Part shown: positions 9,227-19,017 of the stretch, piece by piece
Layout of the letters: each line of letters begins with the position of its first letter
How positions within the stretch are numbered: position 1 is the first letter of the stretch
Assembly: GCA_049294275.1 (NCBI GenBank)
Contig: JBAQCQ010000093.1
Coordinates: 975-64,974 of the forward strand
DNA from: Bacteroidales bacterium
Lineage (GTDB): Bacteria; Bacteroidota; Bacteroidia; Bacteroidales; VadinHA17
Length of the DNA stretch: 64,000 nucleotides
Direction: 5' to 3'
Made by a program: the position numbers and the translations under genes
The notes under the pieces: generated by a model
Database searches by the model: none
Seen by the model: the letters and a program-made list of their open reading frames with translations, nothing else
Told to the model about the DNA's origin: nothing

Positions 9227-9655
9227 TTAGCTCCTGTCTTTGTTCTCCATGCTCCTCAGCCATGACTGAAGGATTATGGATGCGCTGATGCGGTCAGCCA
9301 TTGCCTTGTCGCGTCTGCCGCCCTTCTTTACACCACCGTCAATCATTGTCCTCATAGCCATCTGGGAGGTAAACCGTTCATCAGCCAGGTGGAGGGGCGT
9401 CTGCGGAAAGAGTTTCCTGAACCGTGCAATGAACGGATCAATGTACTTTACGCTTTCACTGGGCAAATTGTTCACGGTGACGGGATAGCCGATCACCACA
9501 TCTGAAACATTCTCACGCGGAATATAATCCTTAAGAAAGGCTTCAAGCTCACCTGAAGGCACTGTGACAAGCGGAGAGGCGATGATCCGCATCGGATCCG
9601 TCACTGCCAGTCCGCACCTTTTTCTTCCATAGTCTATTGCCAGAGCCCTGCCCAA
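9227..9655 (-). CDS. ruvX: Putative pre-16S rRNA nuclease / Holliday junction resolvase-like YqgF
   Basis: 142 aa. AIDYGRKRCGLAV and DERFTS motifs. Confidence 0.85.
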   Translation of the reverse strand: MGRALAIDYGRKRCGLAVTDPMRIIASPLVTVPSGELEAFLKDYIPRENVSDVVIGYPVTVNNLPSESVKYIDPFIARFRKLFPQTPLHLADERFTSQMAMRTMIDGGVKKGGRRDKAMADRISASIILQSWLRSMENKDRS

Positions 9656-9712
9656 TCCCTTTCAGTCTTTTCTTTTAGTTTTCCGCGCTGCAAATGTACC
9701 GGTTTCGAAGGA

Positions 9713-9745
9713 CAAAAAAAAGAGAGCCGGGGTTGAGGGCTCTCT
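9713..9745 (-). terminator. Intrinsic terminator downstream of PFOR
   Basis: On the minus strand, an 8-bp GC-containing stem (AGAGAGCC / GGCTCTCT, 9-nt loop) is followed by a T7-8 run (plus-strand A-run 9714-9720). Confidence 0.75.
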
Positions 9746-9765
9746 TTCATCTGAACTGTAAAATG

Positions 9766-12700
9766 TTATTCGGTCCGGGTCTCAGACGGTGCCTCGGCAG
9801 GAGCTTCGGCAGCACTGAAATCCATCTGTGAGAACCGTTTGTAGCTGTTGTATCTCCACCTGGCATTTTCCTCGGCCTGTTTGAACAGGTACTCAGCCTC
9901 ACCGGGGAAGTCCTTGAGGAGCGAAGTATAACGCACCTCTGACTTCAGGAAGTCCTGGAACTTGCTCCAGTCGGGCTCCTTCGAGTCGAGCTGGAACGGA
10001 TTCTTGCCCTCTGCCTCGAGGCGCGGGTCGAACCTGTAAAGGTGCCAGTACCCTGCTGCCACTGCGTCTTCCGACTGCTGCTGGGTCTTGCCCATACCGT
10101 TGCGGAGACCGTGGTTGATACAGGGCGAGTAGGCAATGATGAGTGACGGTCCGGGGTACTCCTCAGCCTCGCGTATTGCCTTGAAGTACTGGTTCTGGCT
10201 CGATCCCATTGCGACCTGTGCAACATAGACATAACCGTAGGTCATGGCCATCTGCCCGAGGTCCTTCTTGCGGATCTTCTTGCCTGAAGCAGCGAACTTG
10301 GCAACTGCGCCTGCCGGAGTCGATTTTGATGCCTGCCCGCCGGTGTTTGAATAGACCTCCGTGTCAAGCACAAGGACATTGATATTTTCACCTGAGGCAA
10401 GCACGTGGTCGAGACCACCGTAGCCTATGTCATAAGCCCAGCCGTCACCCCCGAAGACCCAGTATGATGTCTTCACCAGGTACTTTTTCAGGTCGAGGAT
10501 CTCCTTGCATACCGGAGCCTTATCCTTCTCACAGGCGGCGATCACCTTTTCAGAGACAGCCCTGCTGGTTTTGGTATTTTCCTTTTCAGCTATCCACTCA
10601 TTGAATGCAGCCACAGTCTCAGGTGCAATCCCTCCGCTGTTGAGGCTTTCCTTCATCATGCGCCCGAGGCGCTCCCTGATCTTCGTGGCACCGAGCAAAA
10701 GACCGAAGCCGTACTCAGCGTTGTCCTCGAAGAGCGAGTTGGCCCATGCCGGACCGTTGCCGTTCTTGTTTACCGTATAGGGCATTGACGGTGCCGAGCC
10801 GCCGTAGATTGATGAACAACCGGTGGCATTCGATATGACCATGCGGTCACCAAAGAGCTGCGTGATAGCCTTGATATAGGGTGTCTCACCGCAACCTGCA
10901 CATGCTCCGGAGAATTCGAAGAGAGGCTGTGCAAACTGTGAGTTCTTTACGTTGGTGTACTTGTTCACGATGGTATCCTTGTAACCGACCACCTCGTGCA
11001 TATAGGTCCATCTCTCCGCCTGCTCAAGCTGTGTCTCAAGAGGTTTCATGATGAGAGCCTTCTCCTTCGTGGGGCAAACATCGGCGCAGTTACCGCAGCC
11101 GGTGCAGTCATATACACTCACCTGGATCCGGAACTTGTGGCTCTTGGTGTTGCCGATACCCTGTTTGGCTGTCGTGCCGGCCGGTGCGGCTGCCAGCTCT
11201 TCATCGGTAAGGAGGAAGGGACGGATGGAAGCGTGGGGACAGACATATGAACACTGGTTACACTGGGTGCATTTGTCCATCTGCCACTCGGGAACGTTGA
11301 CGGCTATACCGCGCTTTTCGTAAGCGGCAGTACCGGCGGGGAAGGTTCCGTCTTCACGGCCGGCAAAAGCGCTTACCGGGAGATCATCACCCCTCATGCC
11401 ATTAATGACATCAACAACTTCACGGATGAACTTAGGCTTGCTGCCGTCAACCTTTTCCGCGGTCACATTTATTGATGCCCATTCTTTTGGAATTTTGACC
11501 TTTATCACGTCACCACCACGGTCGATGGCATCATTATTCATCTTTACAATGTTTTCGCCCTTCTTGCCATAAGCCTTGATAACGGCATGCTTCATCTCGT
11601 CAATGGCAAGCTGGTAGGGGATCACTTCAGATACTTTGAAGAAGGCGCTCTGCATGATGGTATTGGTCCTGGAACCAAGTCCGATCTCCTCCGCAATCTT
11701 CGTGGCGTTGATGATGTAGAAGCTGATATCGTTCTCTGCCAGGTACTTCTTCATATGGTCAGGAAGCTTTGTTAGTGTCTCCTCCGGCTCCCAGATGGAG
11801 TTCAGCAGGAAGGTGCCGCCTTTCTTGAGTCCCCTGAGCATGTCATACTTGTCGAGGTAAGCTGGCACGTGGCAGGCCACGAAGTCGGGCGTATTGACAA
11901 GATAGGGCGAACGTATCGGCTGGTCACCGAAGCGGAGGTGCGAGGTGGTCACACCGCCTGATTTCTTCGAGTCATAGGCGAAGTATGCCTGGCAGTATTT
12001 GTCGGTAGTATCGCCGATGATCTTGATGGAGGCTTTGTTTGCGCCAACGGTGCCGTCGGCACCGATGCCGTAAAACTTGGCCGAGTAGGTTCCCTTATGG
12101 CTTACGTTTATCTCAGGGAGCAGAGGAAGTGACCTGAAGGTAACGTCGTCAACGATCCCTACGGTGAACTGGTTCATGGGCTTCTCCTTCTTCATATTCT
12201 CGAAGACAGAGATCATCTGTGCCGGGGTGGTGTCTTTTGAGCTCAGACCGTACCGGCCGCCGACGATCATCGGACGGGTGGCCCTGTCGTAGAACACCTC
12301 AGAGACATCGAGGTAGAGTGGCTCGCCGTTTGCGCCAGGTTCCTTTGTGCGGTCAAGCACGGTGATGCGCTTCACGCTCTTCGGCAGTACGTTGAAAAGG
12401 TATTTTGCCGAGAAGGGCCTGTACAGATGCACCGATATGAGGCCGAGCTTTTCACCTCTGGCTTCAGCAAGGTAATCGATCACCTCCTTGATTGTTTCGG
12501 TCACCGATCCCATTGCAATGATTATGTTTTCGGCATCGGGTGCACCGTAGTAGGTGAAGGGCTTGTACTGGCGGCCGGTGAGCAGGGAGATCTTTTCCAT
12601 GTACTCATTGACCGTATCGTCGAGGTTGGCGTAGAAGGGATTTGATGCCTCCTTGGCCTGGAAGAAGATGTCAGGGTTCTGTGCTGTTCCCCTGGTAACG

Positions 12701-13341
12701 GGATGCTCGGGATTGAGAGCTCTGTCGCGGAACGACTGCAAGGCTTTCATGTCAACGAGCTTCTTCATATCCTCTATACCAAGCTCCTCTATTTTCTGTA
12801 TCTCATGTGAGGAACGGAAGCCGTCAAAGAAATGAAGGAACGGGACCCTTGACCTGATCGCGGAGAGGTGGGCAACACCTGCCAGGTCCATGATCTCCTG
12901 AATTCCGCCGCTTGCCAGAACGGCAAAACCAGTCTGGCGGGTTGCATAGATGTCTCCGTGGTCACCGAAGATTGAGAGTGCATGACCCGCAACCGTGCGG
13001 GCACTGACATGGAACACACCCGGAAGAAGTTCTCCGGATATCTTATACATGTTGGGGATCATAAGAAGAAGTCCCTGCGATGCTGTGAAGGTTGAAGTAA
13101 GCGCGCCCGACTGCAGTGAACCGTGCACTGCTCCTGCAGCGCCGGCTTCGCTCTGCATCTCGACCACCTTCACCTCTTCCCCGAACATGTTCTTCAGTCC
13201 GTGGGCTGCCCACTCATCAACGTATTCCGCCATGGTGGATGAAGGAGTAATCGGATAGATGCAGGCGACCTCGCTGAACATATAAGCTATGTGCGATGCA
13301 GCCTGGTTGCCGTCACAAGTAATGAATTTCTTTGTTGCCAT
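9766..13341 (-). CDS. nifJ: Pyruvate:ferredoxin (flavodoxin) oxidoreductase
   Basis: 1191 aa. Two 4Fe-4S motifs (CTQCNQCSYVCPH; CTGCGNCADVCP) and a TPP-binding GGDGWAYDIGYGGLDH. Confidence 0.95.
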   Translation of the reverse strand: MATKKFITCDGNQAASHIAYMFSEVACIYPITPSSTMAEYVDEWAAHGLKNMFGEEVKVVEMQSEAGAAGAVHGSLQSGALTSTFTASQGLLLMIPNMYKISGELLPGVFHVSARTVAGHALSIFGDHGDIYATRQTGFAVLASGGIQEIMDLAGVAHLSAIRSRVPFLHFFDGFRSSHEIQKIEELGIEDMKKLVDMKALQSFRDRALNPEHPVTRGTAQNPDIFFQAKEASNPFYANLDDTVNEYMEKISLLTGRQYKPFTYYGAPDAENIIIAMGSVTETIKEVIDYLAEARGEKLGLISVHLYRPFSAKYLFNVLPKSVKRITVLDRTKEPGANGEPLYLDVSEVFYDRATRPMIVGGRYGLSSKDTTPAQMISVFENMKKEKPMNQFTVGIVDDVTFRSLPLLPEINVSHKGTYSAKFYGIGADGTVGANKASIKIIGDTTDKYCQAYFAYDSKKSGGVTTSHLRFGDQPIRSPYLVNTPDFVACHVPAYLDKYDMLRGLKKGGTFLLNSIWEPEETLTKLPDHMKKYLAENDISFYIINATKIAEEIGLGSRTNTIMQSAFFKVSEVIPYQLAIDEMKHAVIKAYGKKGENIVKMNNDAIDRGGDVIKVKIPKEWASINVTAEKVDGSKPKFIREVVDVINGMRGDDLPVSAFAGREDGTFPAGTAAYEKRGIAVNVPEWQMDKCTQCNQCSYVCPHASIRPFLLTDEELAAAPAGTTAKQGIGNTKSHKFRIQVSVYDCTGCGNCADVCPTKEKALIMKPLETQLEQAERWTYMHEVVGYKDTIVNKYTNVKNSQFAQPLFEFSGACAGCGETPYIKAITQLFGDRMVISNATGCSSIYGGSAPSMPYTVNKNGNGPAWANSLFEDNAEYGFGLLLGATKIRERLGRMMKESLNSGGIAPETVAAFNEWIAEKENTKTSRAVSEKVIAACEKDKAPVCKEILDLKKYLVKTSYWVFGGDGWAYDIGYGGLDHVLASGENINVLVLDTEVYSNTGGQASKSTPAGAVAKFAASGKKIRKKDLGQMAMTYGYVYVAQVAMGSSQNQYFKAIREAEEYPGPSLIIAYSPCINHGLRNGMGKTQQQSEDAVAAGYWHLYRFDPRLEAEGKNPFQLDSKEPDWSKFQDFLKSEVRYTSLLKDFPGEAEYLFKQAEENARWRYNSYKRFSQMDFSAAEAPAEAPSETRTE

Positions 13342-13417
13342 TTCTGATCATGAATGATTAGTGTTCAAATAACCTTTAAAAAAATAAACTGCAAATTTAC
13401 GGATTTTCTCCGACATT

Positions 13418-15619
13418 TTATTCGCTGTTCATTGAAATCAGAAACTCCTCATTTGAGCGTGTCTGGGTTATACGGTCACGCAGGAATTCCATTGCTTCCA
13501 CTGAATTCATGTCAGTGAGGTAGTTGCGGAGGATCCAGATCTTGCTCAGCATATTCCTGTCGAGCAGCAGGTCTTCGCGCCGCGTGCTTGAGGCCGGGAT
13601 GTCTATCGACGGGAATATTCTCCTGTTTGACAGTTTTCTGTCAAGCTGGAGCTCCATGTTACCGGTTCCCTTGAACTCTTCAAAGATCACGTCATCCATC
13701 TTGGAGCCTGTGTCTGTAAGGGCGGTGGCGATGATTGTAAGTGAGCCTCCGTTTTCTATATTCCTGGCTGCACCGAAGAACCTCTTCGGTTTATGCAGTG
13801 CGTTCGAATCGACACCACCGGAGAGAACCTTGCCCGATGCCGGGGCTATGGTGTTGAAGGCCCTGGCGAGGCGAGTTATGGAGTCAAGCAGAATGACCAC
13901 ATCATGACCGCATTCGACCAGGCGCTTGGCCTTCTCCTGCACTATGGTGGCGATGCGCACGTGCCTCTCGGCAGGCTCGTCAAACGTTGAGGCGATGACC
14001 TCGGCGTTGACGTTGCGGGCCATCTCTGTAACCTCCTCGGGACGTTCATCTATCAGGAGGATCATAAGGTAAACCTCCGGATGGAATTTGGCGATGGCGT
14101 TGGCTATGTCCTGAAGCAATATCGTTTTTCCGGTCTTCGGCTGCGCCACAATAAGACCGCGCTGGCCCTTTCCAATCGGGCAGAACATGTCTACAATGCG
14201 CACTGACAGGTTTCCTTCCCCCGGTCTGCACAGGGTGAATTTCTCATTCGGGAAGAGAGGGGTGAGGTAATCAAACGGCACCCTGTCACGGATGAAGTCG
14301 GGGGTGCGGCCATTGATCTCTTCGACCTTTATCAGCGGGAAATATTTCTCGCCCTCGCGGGGAGGACGGATGGTGCCCCTGATGGTGTCACCGGTCTTGA
14401 GCCCGAAAAGTTTTATCTGCGACTGTGAGACGTAGATGTCATCGGGTGAGCTGAGGTAGTTGTAATCAGGAGAACGGAGGAACCCGTATCCGTCGGGCAT
14501 TATCTCAAGCACCCCGGTATTTGCTACGATACCTTCGAAATCGTATGCTCTTTCCCTTCTCTCTTCCCTGACAGGCTCAGGCATATTCTGATGACCGTTC
14601 ACTGCCTCATCGGCTGCAGAAGGAAGGACCACCGCAGTATCCGGTGCTGCTGCTTCGCCCATAATGCTGGTATCATTTTCAGCCTCGCTGAGCCTGAGCA
14701 GATCCTGTTCATTTTCATTGCCGTTTGCATCAGCATATAAAAGCTTTTCAGACTGAACATTGGGTTGCTCCTGATCGCTTTCTTGCTGCTGAGGCTGTTG
14801 CCGGGATTGAGGTTGAGGTTGTGGCTGTGGCTGTGACTGTGGCATTGGTTGGGTCTGATATGGTTCCCTGGCCTGAGTACCCGGGGCAGCAGGTTGCTGC
14901 TGTGGCTGGCGTTCATCCTCGGGCCTGCGCTGTGGAGGCTGATCATTATTGTTTGTACGGGGGCGCTTATTGCGGTTTTGCTGCCACTTCTGCTGTTGCT
15001 GGGGTCTCTGTTGCTGAGGTGGTCTCTGTTGCTGCTGAGAACCCTGCTGCTGCTGAGGACCCTGTTGCTGCTGAGGACCCTGCTGCTGCTGAGGACCCTG
15101 CTGCTGCTGAAGTCTCTGTTGCTGGGGACCCTGCTGCGGCTGACCCTGCGGCATTCCCTGCTGTGGACCCTGCTGCGGCTGACCCTGCGGCATTCCCTGC
15201 TGCGGCTGGCCCTGCTGAGACTGTATCGGAGGTTGCTGGTTCCGGGGCCGTTGCTGGTCAGTCTTTGGCACCGGATGTTGCGGCTGTTTTTGCTGCCGGG
15301 GGTCCTGTGACTGTGGCTGCCTCTGTGGCTGCCTTTGCGGTTTCGGCCCCCTGGGCTGCTGTTGTTGCTGAGGCTGCTGCGGCCTGGGCCTGTCAGCCTG
15401 TTTATGCTGCCGGGGCGGACTTTCCTGCTGCCGCTCTGCCGGTGCGTTTTCGCTTCTGCCCGATTTGCGGGCATCGGTAGCATCTATCGCCTGCTGGTCA
15501 AGAATCTTGTATATAAGATCCTGCTTCTTGAGGAGCTCTGCCCTCTTAATTTTGAGCTGCTTCGCTATTTCCCGCAATTCGGGAACAAGCATTTCGCTCA
15601 GTTCAAGAATATCATGCAT
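13418..15619 (-). CDS. rho: Transcription termination factor Rho with a ~310 aa insertion (Gln/Pro-rich core, acidic tail) in the N-terminal domain
   Basis: 733 aa. Rho_N ([18 protein letters not shown]), CSD-like ([14 protein letters not shown]), Walker A ([15 protein letters not shown]) and LIDERPEEV. Residues ~47-358 are low-complexity. Confidence 0.95.
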   Translation of the reverse strand: MHDILELSEMLVPELREIAKQLKIKRAELLKKQDLIYKILDQQAIDATDARKSGRSENAPAERQQESPPRQHKQADRPRPQQPQQQQQPRGPKPQRQPQRQPQSQDPRQQKQPQHPVPKTDQQRPRNQQPPIQSQQGQPQQGMPQGQPQQGPQQGMPQGQPQQGPQQQRLQQQQGPQQQQGPQQQQGPQQQQGSQQQQRPPQQQRPQQQQKWQQNRNKRPRTNNNDQPPQRRPEDERQPQQQPAAPGTQAREPYQTQPMPQSQPQPQPQPQSRQQPQQQESDQEQPNVQSEKLLYADANGNENEQDLLRLSEAENDTSIMGEAAAPDTAVVLPSAADEAVNGHQNMPEPVREERRERAYDFEGIVANTGVLEIMPDGYGFLRSPDYNYLSSPDDIYVSQSQIKLFGLKTGDTIRGTIRPPREGEKYFPLIKVEEINGRTPDFIRDRVPFDYLTPLFPNEKFTLCRPGEGNLSVRIVDMFCPIGKGQRGLIVAQPKTGKTILLQDIANAIAKFHPEVYLMILLIDERPEEVTEMARNVNAEVIASTFDEPAERHVRIATIVQEKAKRLVECGHDVVILLDSITRLARAFNTIAPASGKVLSGGVDSNALHKPKRFFGAARNIENGGSLTIIATALTDTGSKMDDVIFEEFKGTGNMELQLDRKLSNRRIFPSIDIPASSTRREDLLLDRNMLSKIWILRNYLTDMNSVEAMEFLRDRITQTRSNEEFLISMNSE
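15031..15203 (-). repeat. In-frame tandem DNA repeats inside rho: 5 x 18 bp (15031-15120) and 2 x 39 bp (15126-15203)
   Basis: The 18-bp unit GCTGCTGAGGACCCTGCT (plus strand) encodes QQQQGP-type hexapeptides. The two 39-bp copies differ at one base and encode [13 protein letters not shown] twice. Confidence 0.9.
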
Positions 15620-15927
15620 GTTTTGAAAATGTGTAGAAAATTAAGTAAGATTGATTTTTCTGGTGAAGTGGGGAATGAAATTTATCCCTCCGACTGGGTA
15701 TCCGGCTCACGCCGGTATTCCGGTGCAATGTTAAGAATAATATCGTTAATTTACAAATTAACTGCCCAAAAACAGATTCTCAGGCACATTTTAATAATTA
15801 TGATTTTAAATGTCCTGCGAACTCCTGTTTATGAAAAGTGACAATTCTCTTGTTTTATTGAGTAAAATTTAGTACAATTGTAGGCTTTTGCTTAAAAATC
15901 GGCTGGAATCTTTCTAATTAATTGTCA

Positions 15928-16791
15928 ATGCGTCAGTTAAAGATAACCAAACAGGTAACCAACCGTGATACTCCGTCTCTTGACAAGTACCTGCAGGAGA
16001 TTGGGAAGGTTGACCTGATCTCTCCTGAGGAGGAGGTTATGCTTGCAAGGCGCATCAGGGCAGGTGATCACGACGCCCTGGCAAGGCTTGTGAAATCCAA
16101 CCTCAGGTTTGTGGTGTCGGTTGCCAAGCAGTACCAGAACCAGGGCATGACTCTTCCTGACCTGATAAACGAAGGCAATCTCGGCCTCATCAAGGCCGCC
16201 CAGCGGTTTGACGAGACTCGTGGCTTCAAGTTTATCTCCTATGCCGTATGGTGGATAAGACAGGCGATACTGCAGTCGCTGGCCGAACAGGCCCGCATAG
16301 TCAGGCTCCCCGTAAACAAAATCGGATCGATCAACAGGATCAACAGGGCTTATTCAAAGCTGGAGCAGGAATATGAAAGGGAGCCGTCGGCACAGGAGAT
16401 AGCTGACCTGCTGGAGATAGCACCTGAGGATGTGAAGGATGCCATCCGTACGAACGGACGTACGCTGAGCATGGATGCCCCGATTAGTTCGGAGGAGGAC
16501 AACAACATGTACGACGTGATGCAGAACGATGAAACGCCGAGTCCGGACCGCAATCTGATCAATGAATCACTTTCCTACGAGATAGAAAAGGCCCTTAACA
16601 CGCTCTCCCCGCGTGAGGCCAGGGTGCTGAAGCTCTATTTCGGCATCGGCATGAAACACCCATTCACCCTGGAAGAGATAGGAGAGGAACTGAAGCTGAC
16701 ACGCGAAAGGGTGAGGCAGATAAAGGAAAAGGCAATAAAACGGATACAGTTCACCACACGCTGCCGCATACTCAAATCTTACCTGGGGTGA
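15928..16791 (+). CDS. rpoD: Primary RNA polymerase sigma factor (sigma-70/SigA, short Bacteroidota form)
   Basis: ATG at 15928 gives MRQLKITKQ... (287 aa). Region 2 is [10 protein letters not shown]; region 4.2 is [23 protein letters not shown]. The ORF-track start at 15922 is TTG, two codons upstream. Confidence 0.9.
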   Translation: MRQLKITKQVTNRDTPSLDKYLQEIGKVDLISPEEEVMLARRIRAGDHDALARLVKSNLRFVVSVAKQYQNQGMTLPDLINEGNLGLIKAAQRFDETRGFKFISYAVWWIRQAILQSLAEQARIVRLPVNKIGSINRINRAYSKLEQEYEREPSAQEIADLLEIAPEDVKDAIRTNGRTLSMDAPISSEEDNNMYDVMQNDETPSPDRNLINESLSYEIEKALNTLSPREARVLKLYFGIGMKHPFTLEEIGEELKLTRERVRQIKEKAIKRIQFTTRCRILKSYLG

Positions 16792-16814
16792 TTTAAAATT
16801 AAGAACTCTCTGTC

Positions 16815-17468
16815 ATGAGCCACCTGGTTGCCCCGTCAATTCTTAACGCTGATTTTGCAAACCTTGCATCTGAGGTTGAAATGATAAATGACAGTGTTGC
16901 CGACTGGCTGCACCTTGATATCATGGACGGTGTTTTTGTACCCAACATCTCGTTCGGGTTCCCCGTGGTCGAGGCAGTTCGCGATCTCTCCTCCAAGCCG
17001 CTCGATGTACACCTGATGATAATTGACCCTGACAGATACCTTGAACGGTTCAGGGATGCCGGGGCATCAAACCTGACAGTCCATTACGAGACCTGCCGGA
17101 ACCTTCACCGCACAGTGACAGAAATACGAAGACTGGGAATGAAGGCAGGTGTGACCCTGAACCCGCATTCACCCGTCATGCTCCTGAAAGACATCCTGCC
17201 TTACATCGATATGGTGCTGCTGATGACCGTAAACCCGGGATACGGCGGGCAGACATTTATCCCCGGCAGCATCAACAAGATAGGAGAACTGAGAAGCATG
17301 ATAGACGAAGGTGGCTATGATGTGCTGATAGAGGTTGATGGCGGCATCGACCTGCAGAACGCCCCGGTGCTGGTTCATGCAGGGGTCGATGTGCTGGTGG
17401 CCGGAAATACTGTCTTCTCGTCGTCTGACCCTGTTGAGGTTATACGAAGACTCAGGGAACCCGTTTAG
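16815..17468 (+). CDS. rpe: Ribulose-phosphate 3-epimerase
   Basis: 217 aa. HLDIMDGVFVPN and MTVNPGYGGQ. Confidence 0.95.
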   Translation: MSHLVAPSILNADFANLASEVEMINDSVADWLHLDIMDGVFVPNISFGFPVVEAVRDLSSKPLDVHLMIIDPDRYLERFRDAGASNLTVHYETCRNLHRTVTEIRRLGMKAGVTLNPHSPVMLLKDILPYIDMVLLMTVNPGYGGQTFIPGSINKIGELRSMIDEGGYDVLIEVDGGIDLQNAPVLVHAGVDVLVAGNTVFSSSDPVEVIRRLREPV

Positions 17469-17476
17469 TTCATGGT

Positions 17477-18385
17477 TCAACTCTCCTCCAGCCGGCTTTC
17501 AATCCAGGAAATGATCCTTTTGTTTTCAGAGGCATCAAACCAGTTTATTTCACTGTCTCTGTTCCACCAGGTAAGTTGTTTGCGGGCATAGCGCCTGGTG
17601 TTCCTCTTTATCAGGCTGACAGCCTCCTCACGTGTGATGAGTCCGTCGAAGAAACTAAACATCTCCCTGTAGCCTACGGTGTTAAGGGCATTCAGACCTC
17701 TGTAAGGGGTGAGTGTTGCGGCCTCCTCCTCCAGCCCCTTTTCGATCATGTTATCGACCCTGCTGTCGATCCTTCTGTAAAGCTCATTCCTGTCACGGAT
17801 CAGTCCTGTCTTGATTATCCTGAAGTTCCGTTCCCTTTTTGCTGCGCTCAGAAAGGAACTGTATGGCTTTCCTGTGCTTTCAGTGATCTCAAGGGCGCGC
17901 ATTATCCTTCGCGGATTGTGCAGGTCGACCCTGGCATAATGCCCGGGATCAAGCATCCTGAGCGCCAGGCGCAACCCTGCTATCCCTTCGGCCTGGTACA
18001 GCTCAGTGTATTTCTGCCTTACTGAAGGGTCAGTGTCAGGTATATCATTCATTCCCCTGCAAACGGCATCCATATAGAGCATGGAACCTCCGGTCATCAC
18101 GGCGACAGGATTTTCTTCGAAAAGTGAGCAGAGCAGGGCCAGGACATCGCGTTCGAAGAGACTTGTGCTGTAATATTCAGCTACGGAGATGAATCTGATG
18201 AAATGGTGCCTGACCCTTGCGAGCTGTTCATCATCGGGCACTGCGGTGCCGATCTTCATCTCGCGGTAGAACTGCCTCGAGTCACAGGAGATGATGCTGC
18301 AACCCAGCCTGCCGGCCAGGTCAATGGCTAACGCCGTCTTCCCGACGCCTGTGGGGCCGGGCAGAACAATCAGGGTATTTTTCAT
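17477..18385 (-). CDS. miaA: tRNA dimethylallyltransferase
   Basis: 302 aa. P-loop GPTGVGKT and QFYREMKIGTA. Confidence 0.9.
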   Translation of the reverse strand: MKNTLIVLPGPTGVGKTALAIDLAGRLGCSIISCDSRQFYREMKIGTAVPDDEQLARVRHHFIRFISVAEYYSTSLFERDVLALLCSLFEENPVAVMTGGSMLYMDAVCRGMNDIPDTDPSVRQKYTELYQAEGIAGLRLALRMLDPGHYARVDLHNPRRIMRALEITESTGKPYSSFLSAAKRERNFRIIKTGLIRDRNELYRRIDSRVDNMIEKGLEEEAATLTPYRGLNALNTVGYREMFSFFDGLITREEAVSLIKRNTRRYARKQLTWWNRDSEINWFDASENKRIISWIESRLEES

Positions 18386-18405
18386 GTGAAAGGGGATGGA
18401 AAGGA

Positions 18406-18978
18406 TTAATCCTCCTCCTCTTCAATATTTTCGATATTGTCAAATTCGGAGAGGTTGTCCTCATCCTCGCCCTCAAAGAAGATCTCGTCGTCAACGACCT
18501 CCTCATCAACATCGTCATCTTCGTCGTCCGTGACAACAAGGTTGTTGTATTTCTTGCGTGCTACACCGCCGAAGGTTACCTGCTTCGGGGGCAAACCCTT
18601 CGATACCGTGCATAACGGGTATTCCATCTCTTCAACTTCCTTTGTCTCGCCCACATATTCTATAAAGAGAGCCCTGTCATTGAAAAAGTCAAACACATAG
18701 AGGAGTTTCTGGTTCTTGCGGTATATTACCTCTTCGATTACGGCATTCTCCATCGTCGATGAGCCGGCACCCATATCAAAAAGGGTGAACTCCTCCTCCT
18801 TCTCCCAGTTCTCCGTTGCCAGATAGAATGAAGCTATCTGAGACCGGTCAAACTCCAGCTCCTCCTGCAGGGCATTGTGAAAATCGAGCAGGGTCTGGCT
18901 GTCGAGGAACTCAAACTCCCGGATAAAAGCCTCATCTTCATCAGTTAATACCACGAACCTGTAAACCATACAACTCAC
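18406..18978 (-). CDS. Hypothetical protein with a strongly acidic C-terminal tail (N-terminal region possibly MM3350/pRiA4b-ORF3-like)
   Basis: 190 aa. VYRFVVLTDEDEAFIREFEFLDSQTLLDFHNALQEELEFD loosely resembles the pRiA4b ORF-3 pattern. The last ~45 residues are mostly D/E. Family assignment is tentative. Confidence 0.4.
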   Translation of the reverse strand: MSCMVYRFVVLTDEDEAFIREFEFLDSQTLLDFHNALQEELEFDRSQIASFYLATENWEKEEEFTLFDMGAGSSTMENAVIEEVIYRKNQKLLYVFDFFNDRALFIEYVGETKEVEEMEYPLCTVSKGLPPKQVTFGGVARKKYNNLVVTDDEDDDVDEEVVDDEIFFEGEDEDNLSEFDNIENIEEEED

Positions 18979-19017
18979 TTTTTCAACCTGTGCAATTTAA
19001 TATTTTTTAATATACGT

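Noticed and set aside
14599-15483. Long alternative-frame and antisense ORFs (294, 251, 153 aa) inside rho
   Set aside because: They are confined to the CAG/CTG-rich low-complexity repeat region, where every frame on both strands is open. Their products are low-complexity (AAAEDP.., LLLLRT..) and the rho frame is unambiguous.
15620-15927. 308-bp rho/rpoD divergent intergenic region as a possible sRNA or riboswitch
   Set aside because: I found no conserved riboswitch core, convincing hairpin or clean TAnnTTTG promoter by eye. It probably contains the rho leader and both promoters, but I cannot support a specific feature.
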